From Octopus sinensis (Eukaryota), in NCBI RefSeq assembly GCF_006345805.1, contig NC_043010.1:59582001-59646000 (forward strand): a stretch of DNA of 64,000 bases, in the 5' to 3' direction. This document shows, piece after piece, positions 53,073 through 64,000 of the stretch. A program made the translations under genes and the position numbers. The notes under the pieces are model-generated. The model saw nothing but the letters and a program-made list of their open reading frames with translations, was not told the origin of the DNA and made no database searches. Numbering within the stretch: the first letter of the stretch is position 1; each line of letters opens with the position of its first letter.

Positions 53073-55430
53073 ATGTTGTTACACCTGTGTGTTCTACTAA
53101 CTTTATTCCACTGTTATCTAAGTGAAGATATCACATACCATGTTGAAGAAGAGAATGGTCCTTATACATATATAGGGGACATTGCTGCTGACTTACAGCA
53201 ATCAGACAGCTCCTTCTTAAAGAATAAGGATTTAATAACATTTAGTCAACTGCAACAAAAGGGAGAACAGTTGTTCAATGTGACGAGAACAGGTAAACTG
53301 TACACTGTTGAGACATTGGATGCTGAGTCTGTGTGTAGTTATGAGAAAGAATGTTTTGAAATCGTTAAAGTTGCTGTTCACAAATCCAAGACATTTATGA
53401 AGATCTTAAAGATTAAAGTCATAATAGAAGACATCAATGACCACCAACCTGAGTTTCCAACTAAACAAGTCAACATTCAGTTTTCAGAGAGAGATGGTAA
53501 AGGAGCAAAACTATCAATACCCAATGCCATGGATAAAGATATAAGTTATCAAAACAGCTTAATTAATTATGAATTAAAAAATGATAGGGAACATTTCTCA
53601 CTATTAGTCTCTAAAAGAGCAGATGGAATATCTACGTTAGGAATTATTTTAGAAAAGAAATTAGACAGAGAAACGAAAGACAGTTACGATATTGAAGTCA
53701 TTGCTAAAGATGGGGGAACTCCACCAAAACAATCCATTTTAAATGTGAAAATATCTGTAGAAGACGAAAATGATAATCCACCACAATTTTCCCAAAGTAT
53801 CTACAATGTCTCTATTGAACATAAACATAAAAAGATTATTCCAGTAGTCACATTATCTGCCAGTGATTTAGACATTGGCAGGAATGGTAAAATATCTTTC
53901 TATTTCAGTCCGAAGACTGATATGCAAATGAAACAGTATTTTAATATTGATGAAAACTCTGGGAAAATATTCTTAATAAAATCTTTAGCGGTTGACACCA
54001 AAAATTCTTTAAAATTATATATTGAAGCTAAAGATAATGGAATTCCTCCTTTGAGTTCCATAGCAACTGTTATGGTAAATGTCATCAACCAACACAACAA
54101 TCCCCCAAATATTGATGTGAACTTTATTTCTACACAGAATCATAACACAGCTACCATTCTGGAAGACATCAAAGTTGGTAGTTTCATTGCTTATGTGATG
54201 GTCACTGACAATGATGTTGGACACAATGGAGAGGTGAACTGTCATATCAAAGATGACACATTCAAACTACAGTCAATGGGATCGAAGGAATATAAAATAG
54301 TTCTAAAGAAAGCAGTAGACAGAGAGACACAGGAACATTATCACTTTACTGTGTCGTGTGAAGATAAAGGATTACCTGCTCTGAAAACTGATAAAGATCT
54401 GTCAATCCAAGTGTTGGATGTGAATGATGTAGAACCACACTTTACGAAAGACACATTCAAGTTCCTTACCTATGAGAATGACAAAGCTAATTTCCCTATT
54501 GGCTTTATCAATGCTACAGACCCAGATATTGGTAAGGGAGGTGAATTGTCTTATTCTCTGAGAAATAAACAGCAATATCGTCTGCCATTCCAGATTATCA
54601 ACTCTGGCTTTATTTCAACAAACCAGTCTTTAGACAGAGAACACAGAGATTTCTATGAGTTTGAGGTTTTTGTGAAAGACAATGGAAGCCCATCTCTGAA
54701 TAACACAGTGAATGTTGAAGTGGAAGTATTGGATAGAAATGATAATGCTCCATATTTTACATTTCCTAGTGTTGACCATTTCACTCTTAATGTCCACTAT
54801 CATCCGCAAAGTAAGAACGACATCACAGTTCTGAAAGCATCTGATATAGACAGTCACATGAATGCTTTTCTCAGGTATGAAATCGTTTCAGGTAACGAGA
54901 GACAGCTATTTAAACTGGACTCGTTCACTGGTGTGTTATCTTACTCTCGCACAGTTTACCAAAATGATGCCGGATCATATGAGCTTGAGTTTGTTGTGAA
55001 AGACAGTGGTACTCCAGTTCTGTCAGCAACAACTAGTGTGTCTTTGACACTGACTGTTAGTAACAAGACATCACCAATGTTCACAGCTGTGCACCTACCA
55101 AGTGATAACACAATAGATGCGACATTGTTGATTATCATTGTAGTAGCAGCTGTGATAGTATCTATAGCTATTGTGGTTTCTATAACCCTGTGTATTGTGA
55201 GATGTAACAATGTGAGAAATAGCTCATCTGAAAGAACAGCAGAAGAGAAACAGGTATACCAATGTCGCAATGAGATGAGACAGTTGATCTATCAAGGTAA
55301 CAACAGTGTACCTGTGATGTCAGGTAATCGAGGAGAGATGTCAGACAGATACAGTCATTCGAGGAGCCATTACTATCCTGAAGACTGGAAGACGTCGACA
55401 ATGAGCAGATCTCTTCAAAAGTCTACAAAG
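53073..55430 (+). CDS. Protocadherin unit 6, exon 2
   Basis: Acceptor tgcag|53016; six cadherin repeats plus TM; donor AAG|gtaagc. Confidence 0.96.
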
Positions 55431-56308
55431 GTAAGCTGTTTTGTAATGTAGAATTCTCTTTCTAGCTATTGTTTAATTAATATTTTGTTGCGTTTAGGGA
55501 GTCTGAGACAGACAAATCCAGCCTACATAACGGACTAGGAGGAAAGTTATTGAAAAGGCTGCTAATAGCAACGAAAGAGCTTGACAAAAAGCAAGCAAAA
55601 CAAAACAGACGACCCAGTGTTTAACCAAGTTAAACAAACAATCAATTAGTTAGTTGAATATTTAACCAATTGACTACTAATAAAGGCATGCAATTGAATC
55701 AGTACATGTGTTAATAAAATTGGCACATTGACTCTTCCTAGACACAACAAAATTTGTTTCAGCATACAAATTCACAAAAAAAAATCTTGCAAAGCCAATC
55801 CAAAAATGAAGTTTAATTAAGAATTATGTTGTTTATGTGACAGCTACTTTTGTGTAGAAAATACAAATATTGTGTGGAGGTGAAAAATGTTTTTGTTACT
55901 TTTTCAAATTCAAGTTAATTGAGGATTTACTGTTGTTTTTCTTGTGTCCCTTCATTTACGAGCATGCTTTCTTACCATTTGTCAATAGAACCTTAGTTAA
56001 TATTCTGGAAACCCTTTTTTTACTAGCTTGCATTGTAAACATACAAACACATACAATACATGCTTACAGTACAACTAATAAGGGAAGACCTAGCATGGCA
56101 TGAAGACTACTCTTCTTTAGAGTAAATTTGTGACCTGTCTAATTTTAGCTAACCTCTACTGGTTGGTATGTAAGAAGGGTTTTCTAGATAATGTTCAAAT
56201 ATTTCATTTTATACATGTACCTATCAATATCTAATAATTGGTTATGTAACAGGTACACATTTATAAATAACATCTTAATTCTCCACCATGTTATTATTAC
56301 ATTTTCAG

Positions 56309-56462
56309 CAAAAATACAGTCAACCCATTGAGGTGACATCTTATGGAGACAACAGACCATCTTCTCACTATCCCACTGACACATTGACCAGTCGTAAGAG
56401 CAGTGGACAGTGCTGGAGTGAGCGGTCAAGCAGACAGTATGAAGAAATACCAGCAATGTCAG
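56309..56462 (+). CDS. Protocadherin unit 6, exon 3
   Basis: ttttcag|CAAAAATAC...TCAG|gtaaaa. Confidence 0.92.
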
Positions 56463-56732
56463 GTAAAACAATCTCGTCCATTCATGATTGTAATGAATTT
56501 CTTTTTCTCTGGAAATTAGGTTGTTCTAAATCTCTAATCTGTTAATTGATTAAATATTCCTCCATGAATTATAATTATGATATGCTGGCAAAAGCTTTGT
56601 GACATTATGTAACATTCAGTACATTGTACTGAAAGTATATTATCTCATCATGACATAGAAAGCTGTAAGGACACTTTCAGCAGTTCCAATATATGCTTAA
56701 AGTGATAAGATAGTAATGCCAAATAAAATGCC

Positions 56733-56788
<56 letters not shown>

Positions 56789-56819
56789 CAAAGTATAGTT
56801 GTAAGGTACTGCATGTGTG

Positions 56820-57359
56820 GAAATATATATGAAAGAAGGTTTGAAAATGCAATTTTAAAGATTTTTATTGACTTGACTGGTTTCACTTTTTTAGAAAAAG
56901 ATTATCCAAAGTAAAATGTAAATCTTTGTATAAACTCTGTTGTGTTAAGTACTGGTTATCACAAAAAGTATTAAAATACACCTGTACATTCTTTGATAAT
57001 AATAAGAAAATGTTAAAAACAGTTTACAAGAAAGTATTTAAGAAAGTATTCAGAACGGGACTACAAAATGTATTATGAGTTCAATAAAAATCATGTTTGG
57101 TAGTGTATATGTATGTATATATATATACACACACAAGGAGATATATTTAAGAATTTACAAAAAAATTGGAGTGGAATAACTGACCTATCTTTCTGACATT
57201 TTCTGTCTTGTGTGTAGCTAAGAGATGTTTGGAAACATTCTTTAGCTACACACAACAAAGCTTATACAAAGCTTTACATTTTACTTTTGACAATCTTTTC
57301 CCCAAAAAGTGAAACCGGTAAAGTCAATAAACATCTTTAAAATTACATTTTCAATCCTT

Positions 57360-57370
<11 letters not shown>
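56820..57370. repeat. Inverted repeat (~125-bp arms) carrying degenerate hammerhead motifs; Penelope-like/retrozyme-type fragment
   Basis: 56830-56947 is the reverse complement of ~57247-57365; the right arm reads ACTT-ttgacaa-tCTTTT(cccca)AAAAG-t-GAAA-CCGG-TA-AAGT; an additional short hairpin lies at 57209-57256. Confidence 0.7.
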
Positions 57371-57393
<23 letters not shown>

Positions 57394-57410
57394 TAGATAG
57401 ATAGATCGAT

Positions 57411-57585
57411 AGATAAAGTTATATAAGGCTGGTTTATGGGATTACCCTGGGTTTCACGTCCATAAAGCACTTAGCTTTACAGCATATTGTCAGATCCCAA
57501 ATCTGATGACGGGCTGTAAAGCTAAGCGCTTTATTGACATGAAACCTAAGGTAATCCCATAAACTGGCCTTATCTAACTTTATCT
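57411..57585. repeat. Long hairpin made of two divergent hammerhead-like copies
   Basis: Arms of ~85 bp around 'cagatcccaaatctg'. Plus strand: CUGAUGA (57503) ... GAAA-CC-uaa-GG-UA-AUCCC. Minus strand: GGGAU-CUGAcaa ... GAAA-CC-cag-GG-UA-AUCCC. Confidence 0.8.
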
Positions 57586-58059
57586 GTTTTTAATATACTG
57601 CTCTGTAGCTTAGAGTGTGCTTTGTGTTTAGGTTTATGTTTTACTGACAATTTATATATATATATATAAATAAAACAGACAGTGGAGCCTCCTCTGGCTT
57701 GCCAACTCCTGTCAAATTGTCTGACCCATGCCAGCATAGAAGATGGACGTTAAATATTGATGATGATATATGTATACACACACACACATGCACCAAATCC
57801 TGTACTATGCAAAAACATTTAGAGGAAGTTGTCTATGTTACGTCGACAACAGAGAGAAATTCCTATCAACATTACATGGGCTCTGACTGTGGAGGACATG
57901 CATAGGCTGGAGAGGAATGAAGGTAGTCTGCTCCATTGAATTTGCAACATCAGTGTGCATGACTGACAAAGCACAACTCTGTTGAGAAAAATTATCTTTG
58001 ACAACTTAGCATTAGGAACCCCTTCAAGTGTGTAATATTCTTATTCATATTCTGGTATT

Positions 58060-58880
58060 TATTCAAGGAAGCAAACTTTGCAGAATTGCTGTAACATTTG
58101 AAACTCTCTCATTGCGCATCAATACATTTAGTAATTCAAAAATAGGTTAAAAAAAAATTCACATATAATTACAAAACAAATACGTTATTCTATGTGGCTT
58201 CCATTGGTTGCAATTACGGCTTCCACATGGCCCCAGTTGTTTTGTTCTGAAGATGCCACTGATGTCGGCTGTTGACACCACAATGTACCGGTTGTTTCAC
58301 AACCGGTTCACAACAGCATCCTGTTCTTCTTGAAGTATGTGAGAACCTTTTTGCACCTCTCCAGTCTCTGAGCCTTCATAGGTTCTATCAACAGGTGTCT
58401 TGGTGTCCTGGTGTAGGACTTGTGGCCCAAGTCATTATTCACAGCTGTTCTGATGATTTTGGGGTCCACTTCAAGTTCAGAAGCCAGCTTCTGCATGGAT
58501 GTGGTTGGGTCCATTGAAATTTTGGATTTGAGGGTGTTGATGAAGTCTTGATTCCACTTCTTGTTGACCCCACTGCTGCCAGACTTCTGAATGTCATTGC
58601 CTATGTCCATTCTCTTCTTAATGTTATAAACTGTGTGTAAGGATACTCCAACTATGGTTGAGATCCTCTTCAGATTGACTTGAGCATGGACCAAATCACA
58701 TATTCATTGGCTTGTGTCTTCCTGCACAATTATTTTCTTTAATATTCCTGCAAAAAAATGAGTTTATTATTAGCTGACAGTGTATTCTTTGATCTGCTTT
58801 AGATTTCATATCCTTTGATGTTGTGGTTACTGCGAAATATTAGTGTAACTTTAATGCAAATTTTGTTTCCCCACCCTGTA
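58060..58880 (-). mobile_element. Internally deleted Tc1/mariner (maT-like) element
   Basis: ORF 58308-58694 encodes a paired-HTH transposase N-terminus ('ISTIVGVSLHTVYNIKKR...PTTSMQKLASELEV...DLGHKSY'); C-terminal 'VEAVIATNGSHIE*' at ~58187-58230; no DDD segment; end 'tacagggtggggaaacaaaatttgca'. Confidence 0.8.
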
Positions 58881-59447
58881 AATGCACTGGTTACAGGAAC
58901 CTAAAAAACGCTGAGCTTCTTTCCTCAAAAGTTCCATTCAGATAAGAGTTAAGGACATAAATTTTTAAACTGTTGTGTATGAAATACAAATTGATAAAAT
59001 GATTTTTATAAAAATTGTACACAAATGCTGAAATATTTTGAATATGGTTTTTGTTGTGGGTGTAATAAATTTATTTATTTATACTTATTTATTATTTACA
59101 CTATGTTTTGTAACTTATCCCTTGTGATGAATCTCCTTCAGTGTCAGATACATATCTACGTCAAGTTCTTAATTTCATATATTTTAACCTGGTCCAGTAT
59201 TTTTGTCATTAGTCCCTTGTTTTTCATTATGTACAATTAGTTGTTCATCACAATATACAGGTAATTGTGGTGTTATTTCTAATACTTTTTGAAACTAATG
59301 GAGCAGAACTGTTTAATTATAATCAGTAAACAACATAATATATTGTACAATTAAAACACATCTAAATAGTTTTTTTCCCTGACATAAAATACCTACTGAC
59401 TATGTGACTTATGCAATACATTTATTTGATATATGTGTGTGTTTCAG

Positions 59448-59569
59448 GAATCTATGGTGGTGCCCCACCCGATGTATCAAGCACCAGTGAGAGAGACCAT
59501 TACCAAGACAGATATGTGAAACCTCCAGAGAGACAGTTACCTTCAACACCAGATGTTGTTGCCAGTTAA
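59448..59569 (+). CDS. Protocadherin unit 6, exon 4
   Basis: Conserved last exon; ends DVVAS*; short deletion just after the stop. Confidence 0.92.
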
Positions 59570-60072
59570 GTTAACACAACAGAAATAATATCACCTTCAA
59601 CATTCACACAACATTTAAAACAGCAGAAATATATTAGTTACATCATGATATTGCTTTCATATGACTGAATTCCTTTCTATGCATTTCAAACTTTACATGT
59701 TATAAATAAATCTTTGGAAGGTTTTTACAGATGAAAAAAATAACCATCAGTTATAGGCATGAAAAGTTTCAATCAAAATATAACTCTCTGTAATTACATA
59801 AACTTAGGTAAGATTAACATTTTTGGAAATTTTAAAATAAATTTTTCTCTTGGTAAAAATAAAATTTAGAAATAAGAATGCTTTTGAAAATGTGTTATTA
59901 ATTAAATCATAGTATTTGAAGAAATATATTTTACATTGTTCACATGTGTATTCCATATACATTTTGAATAGGAATTGTATTATATGGTTAAATTTCAGAA
60001 AATATGATTTACTTAGTTTACATATCAATAAATGTTTAAATTTTCAAATCCTGCTTAGGTGAGTTTGTTTAG

Positions 60073-60620
60073 AATTAGGTCAGACACACACACTAACTGT
60101 TATTATCAATATTGTATTTACATTTTAAATTACACACACATTAACAACATCAGCCATATTTTGTTAATATAACCTCTCTGTTCTAAGGATTTCTATGTCA
60201 GTCTCTCTCCACATCAGACATGTTGGTGTTATATAGTCTTATCATGGCTGACTGTTAGTGGAGCTGATGGGATGTCTTCTCTCTCTGTATATGTATATTT
60301 CTCTCCTTTTTCTTTGTGGAGGGGAAACACAACATCTAGTCTGAGTGAGGCTGGAGTAAGCATCACCCATCCTCCTCTCTCCCTTTCTCTCTCATACACA
60401 AATATTCAACCACACTCACACACACACTCACTAAACACCACACATCCACAGAGGAAGACTGAGAGGGAACTGCTGGTTCCCACTGACTCACCACCAACAC
60501 TATTCCATCAACATGAAGCCATTGTCACACCATAGCAGCAGTGACACAGACAACCATTAACAACAGAACATTGGGACCAAGTCACAGTTTATACAACAAA
60601 GGATTTTACACACAATGAAG
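60073..60620 (+). promoter_or_regulatory. Conserved promoter and non-coding exon 1 of unit 7 (coding exons not in window)
   Basis: Same conserved block ending ATGAAG|gtaagt. Confidence 0.78.
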
Positions 60621-61799
60621 GTAAGTTTATTGTTCAATATTATTTATCCATTTATGTGAAATAATAATTTTGCTTATCACAAGAATATAATATCAAAATT
60701 CAAAATATAATATTCTAATGGTAGCCATATTAAATCTGTGTTAGATCTCATTCAATGGCTTTCAAAGATTCTCTTCAGAGAAACAGTTAATTTAAAAATA
60801 CATTTTAAAACTTGTATACTCATAATTTCCACAAATATAAGTCCTTCATCATTACATTTGCATATTATTTTATATTATTTATTAGTTATTGACATTGTGC
60901 ATTCCCATTCAGTGACTCAACGAGATATTGTTTAGTCTTTGTAATTATAAATTATTATACATAATGATCATGTAACTGTATTTAATACTATAAAAGATTT
61001 CTCTATTGAATTAACAATGTTACCAAATAACAAGAAAATTATTAATTTTTCTGTCTCCTTCACATATAAGTGTCTGTCTGTGTTTCAACTTGACTGTGTG
61101 TCCTTATTCCTGTCTATGTGTGTAGTGAGGAGACCATTTTCTCATAAAAATGTATCTCGTTAAATTCATTTGATAGAATATTGTTTTTTGGAAGGTTACT
61201 TAATAAGTATGTTCTATCTTGAAGGGGAAAATAAGTATTTTTGTTAACATTTATTTCTATGATTTAAAACATTTGAACCTATTAATATTGATTGTTTATT
61301 GCAACAGTTATAATTCCTTTAAATCAATTATCCACTCTCTGGTAATTTAATTTCTTCATAAGGTATATTCAAGCCACCCAACTGTTATTCTAAGTCTGTT
61401 ATATTATTGTAGCCACATAACAATAGGTAAATTAAATGTTTTCTTTATGTGTAACAGTGATTTCAGTTAGAAACAAAGAATGTAATTTGTATGTCTTATT
61501 AATTAATTATCTCACAGTAAATTTATTTCAAAAAATATCTCTGTGTAATCGTTTCCTTTTCCGTACATCGTCTGTTGTCATGGTGTCATATTAATGGCCA
61601 TAATATTACTCTCACCAAAGTTGTCCTTTAAACACTAACAGCTTAATTCAACATAGATTTGAGTGAAGTAATTAAGTATTTCTTCCATGAAAGCAGACGA
61701 CCAACATACTTATATTATAAGTTAACTTGATACAGGAAATCTATGATCTTTGTATTGAACAGATATCTACCAACAATATTAAGGAGCGAATAATATTGT

Positions 61800-62210
61800 T
61801 TTATGCAGAATGGTGAATATTTTAAGTATCATTTGGACCTAAAGAAACTAAGCCTCAATATATATATATTAATACTCAGAACAGCTCATAACCAGGCTGT
61901 TCTGAAATATTTATTCACACTTACAAGTGTTAAAGCATGGAATAAACTACCCTCATTGATTGGTAGTTTCCAGGAAACTATATTCTTCAAAATTCCTATA
62001 TTCCTGAAATTCACCAACACTACTCTTGATCTACCTCTGCACCATTTCTTTTACTGTTAGCTTTTGTTTGTTTTATGTTTTATTCTGTCTATGGTGTGGA
62101 TACTTTTAGCTTTCAGAACCGTTTTCTTTCTTGACTTATTGCTGCTTTTTGTTCCCTATTTTACCCTTTTCCAATGAGTCACAGTGGACCTGAGCGCTGT
62201 GTACAATATG
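61800..62210 (+). mobile_element. 3' end relic of a CR1-like LINE
   Basis: 'SVKAWNKLP' resembles the CR1 ORF2 C-terminal 'RVVxxWNxLP'; tail 'acctgagcgctgtgtacaata' also at ~668-700 and ~31475-31510. Confidence 0.5.
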
Positions 62211-62826
62211 CCTCTTACTATCATCAATGTTTAACATGGATTGCAATGTCACAATATCTCCTGGTTCTACTTTTAACCTAAAGTATATGATTTACAACAG
62301 AATTTCTTTCGTTTAGTGTGATGTTATACTTAATCCGTAAAAAGTATTGTTGATGTTATTTTTCACAACGTCTCTATAAGATAGATGTGAAGATCATTAT
62401 CTGTTGGGTCTTACAACTTTGTATTTGCTCAAGGGAACTAACTCAAAATTTACCATTTCTAATAGGAAATGAAAGTATAGAATTCAGATGATTTAATACT
62501 GTGTGACTCCTCCAAAAGCTGTCCAGTTTTTCTGGTTTTGTCTTCCATTATGTTTCTATCTTCAACACTTAGTTTGATTGTCTGTCATCTTTAGGGTTTA
62601 TATTTATTCATGCATATCTTAACAATAAATAAACACCAAATATGAATGGTAAAAGATTTTCAGCACTTTTAATTGCTATGCAGTAGTCTTGTGTAAATAT
62701 CTTTAATAGAACAAAATATGATTATTTGATTCAATGAAGTAATCATATTCTTCATTGGTAGAGAATAGTTTGACTTGATTCAATCCCTTTTGACTTTGAA
62801 GTGGTAGAGAAACTCATAGTTTAGAC

Positions 62827-64000
62827 CAGGGGTCTCCAAAGTACGGCCCGCGGGCCGGATTCGGCCCGCCAAGGTTTTTAATCCGGCCCGCCGAGCTGTC
62901 CTCCAAAATTATAAAACAAATGTCGAAAAACAAGCCTTGCCGAAATCATACAAAAACAAATATACTTTACACCCCTTTTAATACGTTTGACAAATATAGT
63001 ACAGCAAATAGACGCAAGACGACGCTAATTGATTTGCCATCAATTAATGTCTTTAAATTGCGCCGGCGAATTAAAAATTTATACACTAAACTTTAGTGTA
63101 AATATAGGTTCTTTTCCACTCCCCCCGTTTTAACTGACCCATCAGAACCACCATAAAATGAATTAACTTCGCTATGGAGCTACCTATCATTCATCTTAGA
63201 TAATAGGCGATTGTCAGTGAGATGGATGGTGCTGCTTACAATGAAGCAGAGATTCAATTTCTAGCTTTATTGATGTCGCAGAAAAGTCAACCTATTCCGT
63301 CAACTGTCGAGAGAGCAGATACGACAAGTATGACGTTAATAAAAGTCCCGTGCCTAGTATAATAAAAGAAGACAAATATCGATTTATCGATGTTACCTAC
63401 ATCTCACGAGCGATGAATAGAGAGGGTTGAGCCTGACGTTGTGTGGTGGTTTCTAATCCTGGTGCAGTCACCAATCAGCGTGGAGTAAAGTTCGATGCGC
63501 ATTCCGTCAGTCAGCACAGACTTGGCGTTTTCGTTGTGCACAAGTGTGAGTCATTTGTCGTCGTCGCTGCCGAAGTGAATGCACGTATCGAGTGACCTGT
63601 GAATATTGTTTTTACTTGTTTCGTCCTTTTACATATATCGTCGAGCAAAATCTGTCGACCCATAGTAAAAATGTTAGCTCAAGGAAGAAAACGAAAAATC
63701 GACTCTGAGTGTAGAGTTTTTAAGAAACAATGGAACATAGACTATTTTGTCATAGAGTCAAACAACAAGGCACTATGCGTTATATGCACCGACACAATTG
63801 CAGTACTTAAAGAGTACAACATTCGGAGACATTATGAAAAAAAGCATTCATCACAGTACTACCAATTCATTGGACAGCTACGTAAAGAGAAATTTGACAA
63901 ATTAAAGAAGAATTTATCATCAATGCAGTTTGTTTTCAAGAAGAAGGCTGTAGAAAAAGAGAGAGCAACAAGAGCAAGCTTCCATGTTGCTAACCTTTTG
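62827..64000 (+). mobile_element. hAT transposon (Buster/Charlie/SPIN-like), left part
   Basis: TIR 'caggggtctccaaagtacggcccgcgggccggattcggcccgcc'; preceding 8-mer GTTTAGAC has the central TA typical of Buster-family targets; CpG-rich compared with the flank; transposase ORF inside. Confidence 0.92.
63671..64000 (+). CDS. hAT transposase N-terminus with BED zinc finger (runs off window)
   Basis: MLAQGRKRKIDSECRVFKKQWNIDYFVIESNNKALCVICTDTIAVLKEYNIRRHYEKKH...; 110 open codons; CxxC...HxxxxH; resembles GTF2IRD2/SPIN-type transposases. Confidence 0.9.
   Translation, partial: MLAQGRKRKIDSECRVFKKQWNIDYFVIESNNKALCVICTDTIAVLKEYNIRRHYEKKHSSQYYQFIGQLRKEKFDKLKKNLSSMQFVFKKKAVEKERATRASFHVANLL

Overview
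AT-rich animal genomic DNA containing a head-to-tail tandem array of protocadherin genes, all on the + strand. A coleoid cephalopod (octopus-like) source is inferred from the gene family and repeat content. The window holds the last exon of one upstream gene (unit 0), six complete genes (units 1-6) and the promoter/first exon of a seventh (unit 7). Each unit has a near-identical ~500-bp promoter/non-coding exon 1, then a large exon 2 (signal peptide, six cadherin repeats, TM, start of the tail), a 154-nt exon 3 and a 122-nt coding exon 4, giving a protein of ~877 aa. EC1, EC4-EC6, TM, cytoplasmic exons and promoters are almost identical between units even at silent sites. EC2-EC3 are divergent and shuffled as modules, and the introns form a patchwork. 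This looks like a gene-conversion-driven recognition-code array in which every gene carries its own copy of a 'constant region'. Other notable items: a dyad-symmetric promoter element with YY1/RORE/AP-1-like sites, conserved uORFs, a non-canonical EC3-EC4 calcium linker, an SH3-ligand motif (RQLPSTP), several hammerhead-ribozyme-like motifs (some in inverted pairs), two maT-type Tc1/mariner relics, a 5S rRNA pseudogene, SINEs, and a young hAT (Buster/SPIN-like) transposon running off the right end. All calls were made by eye; no alignments or database searches were run.
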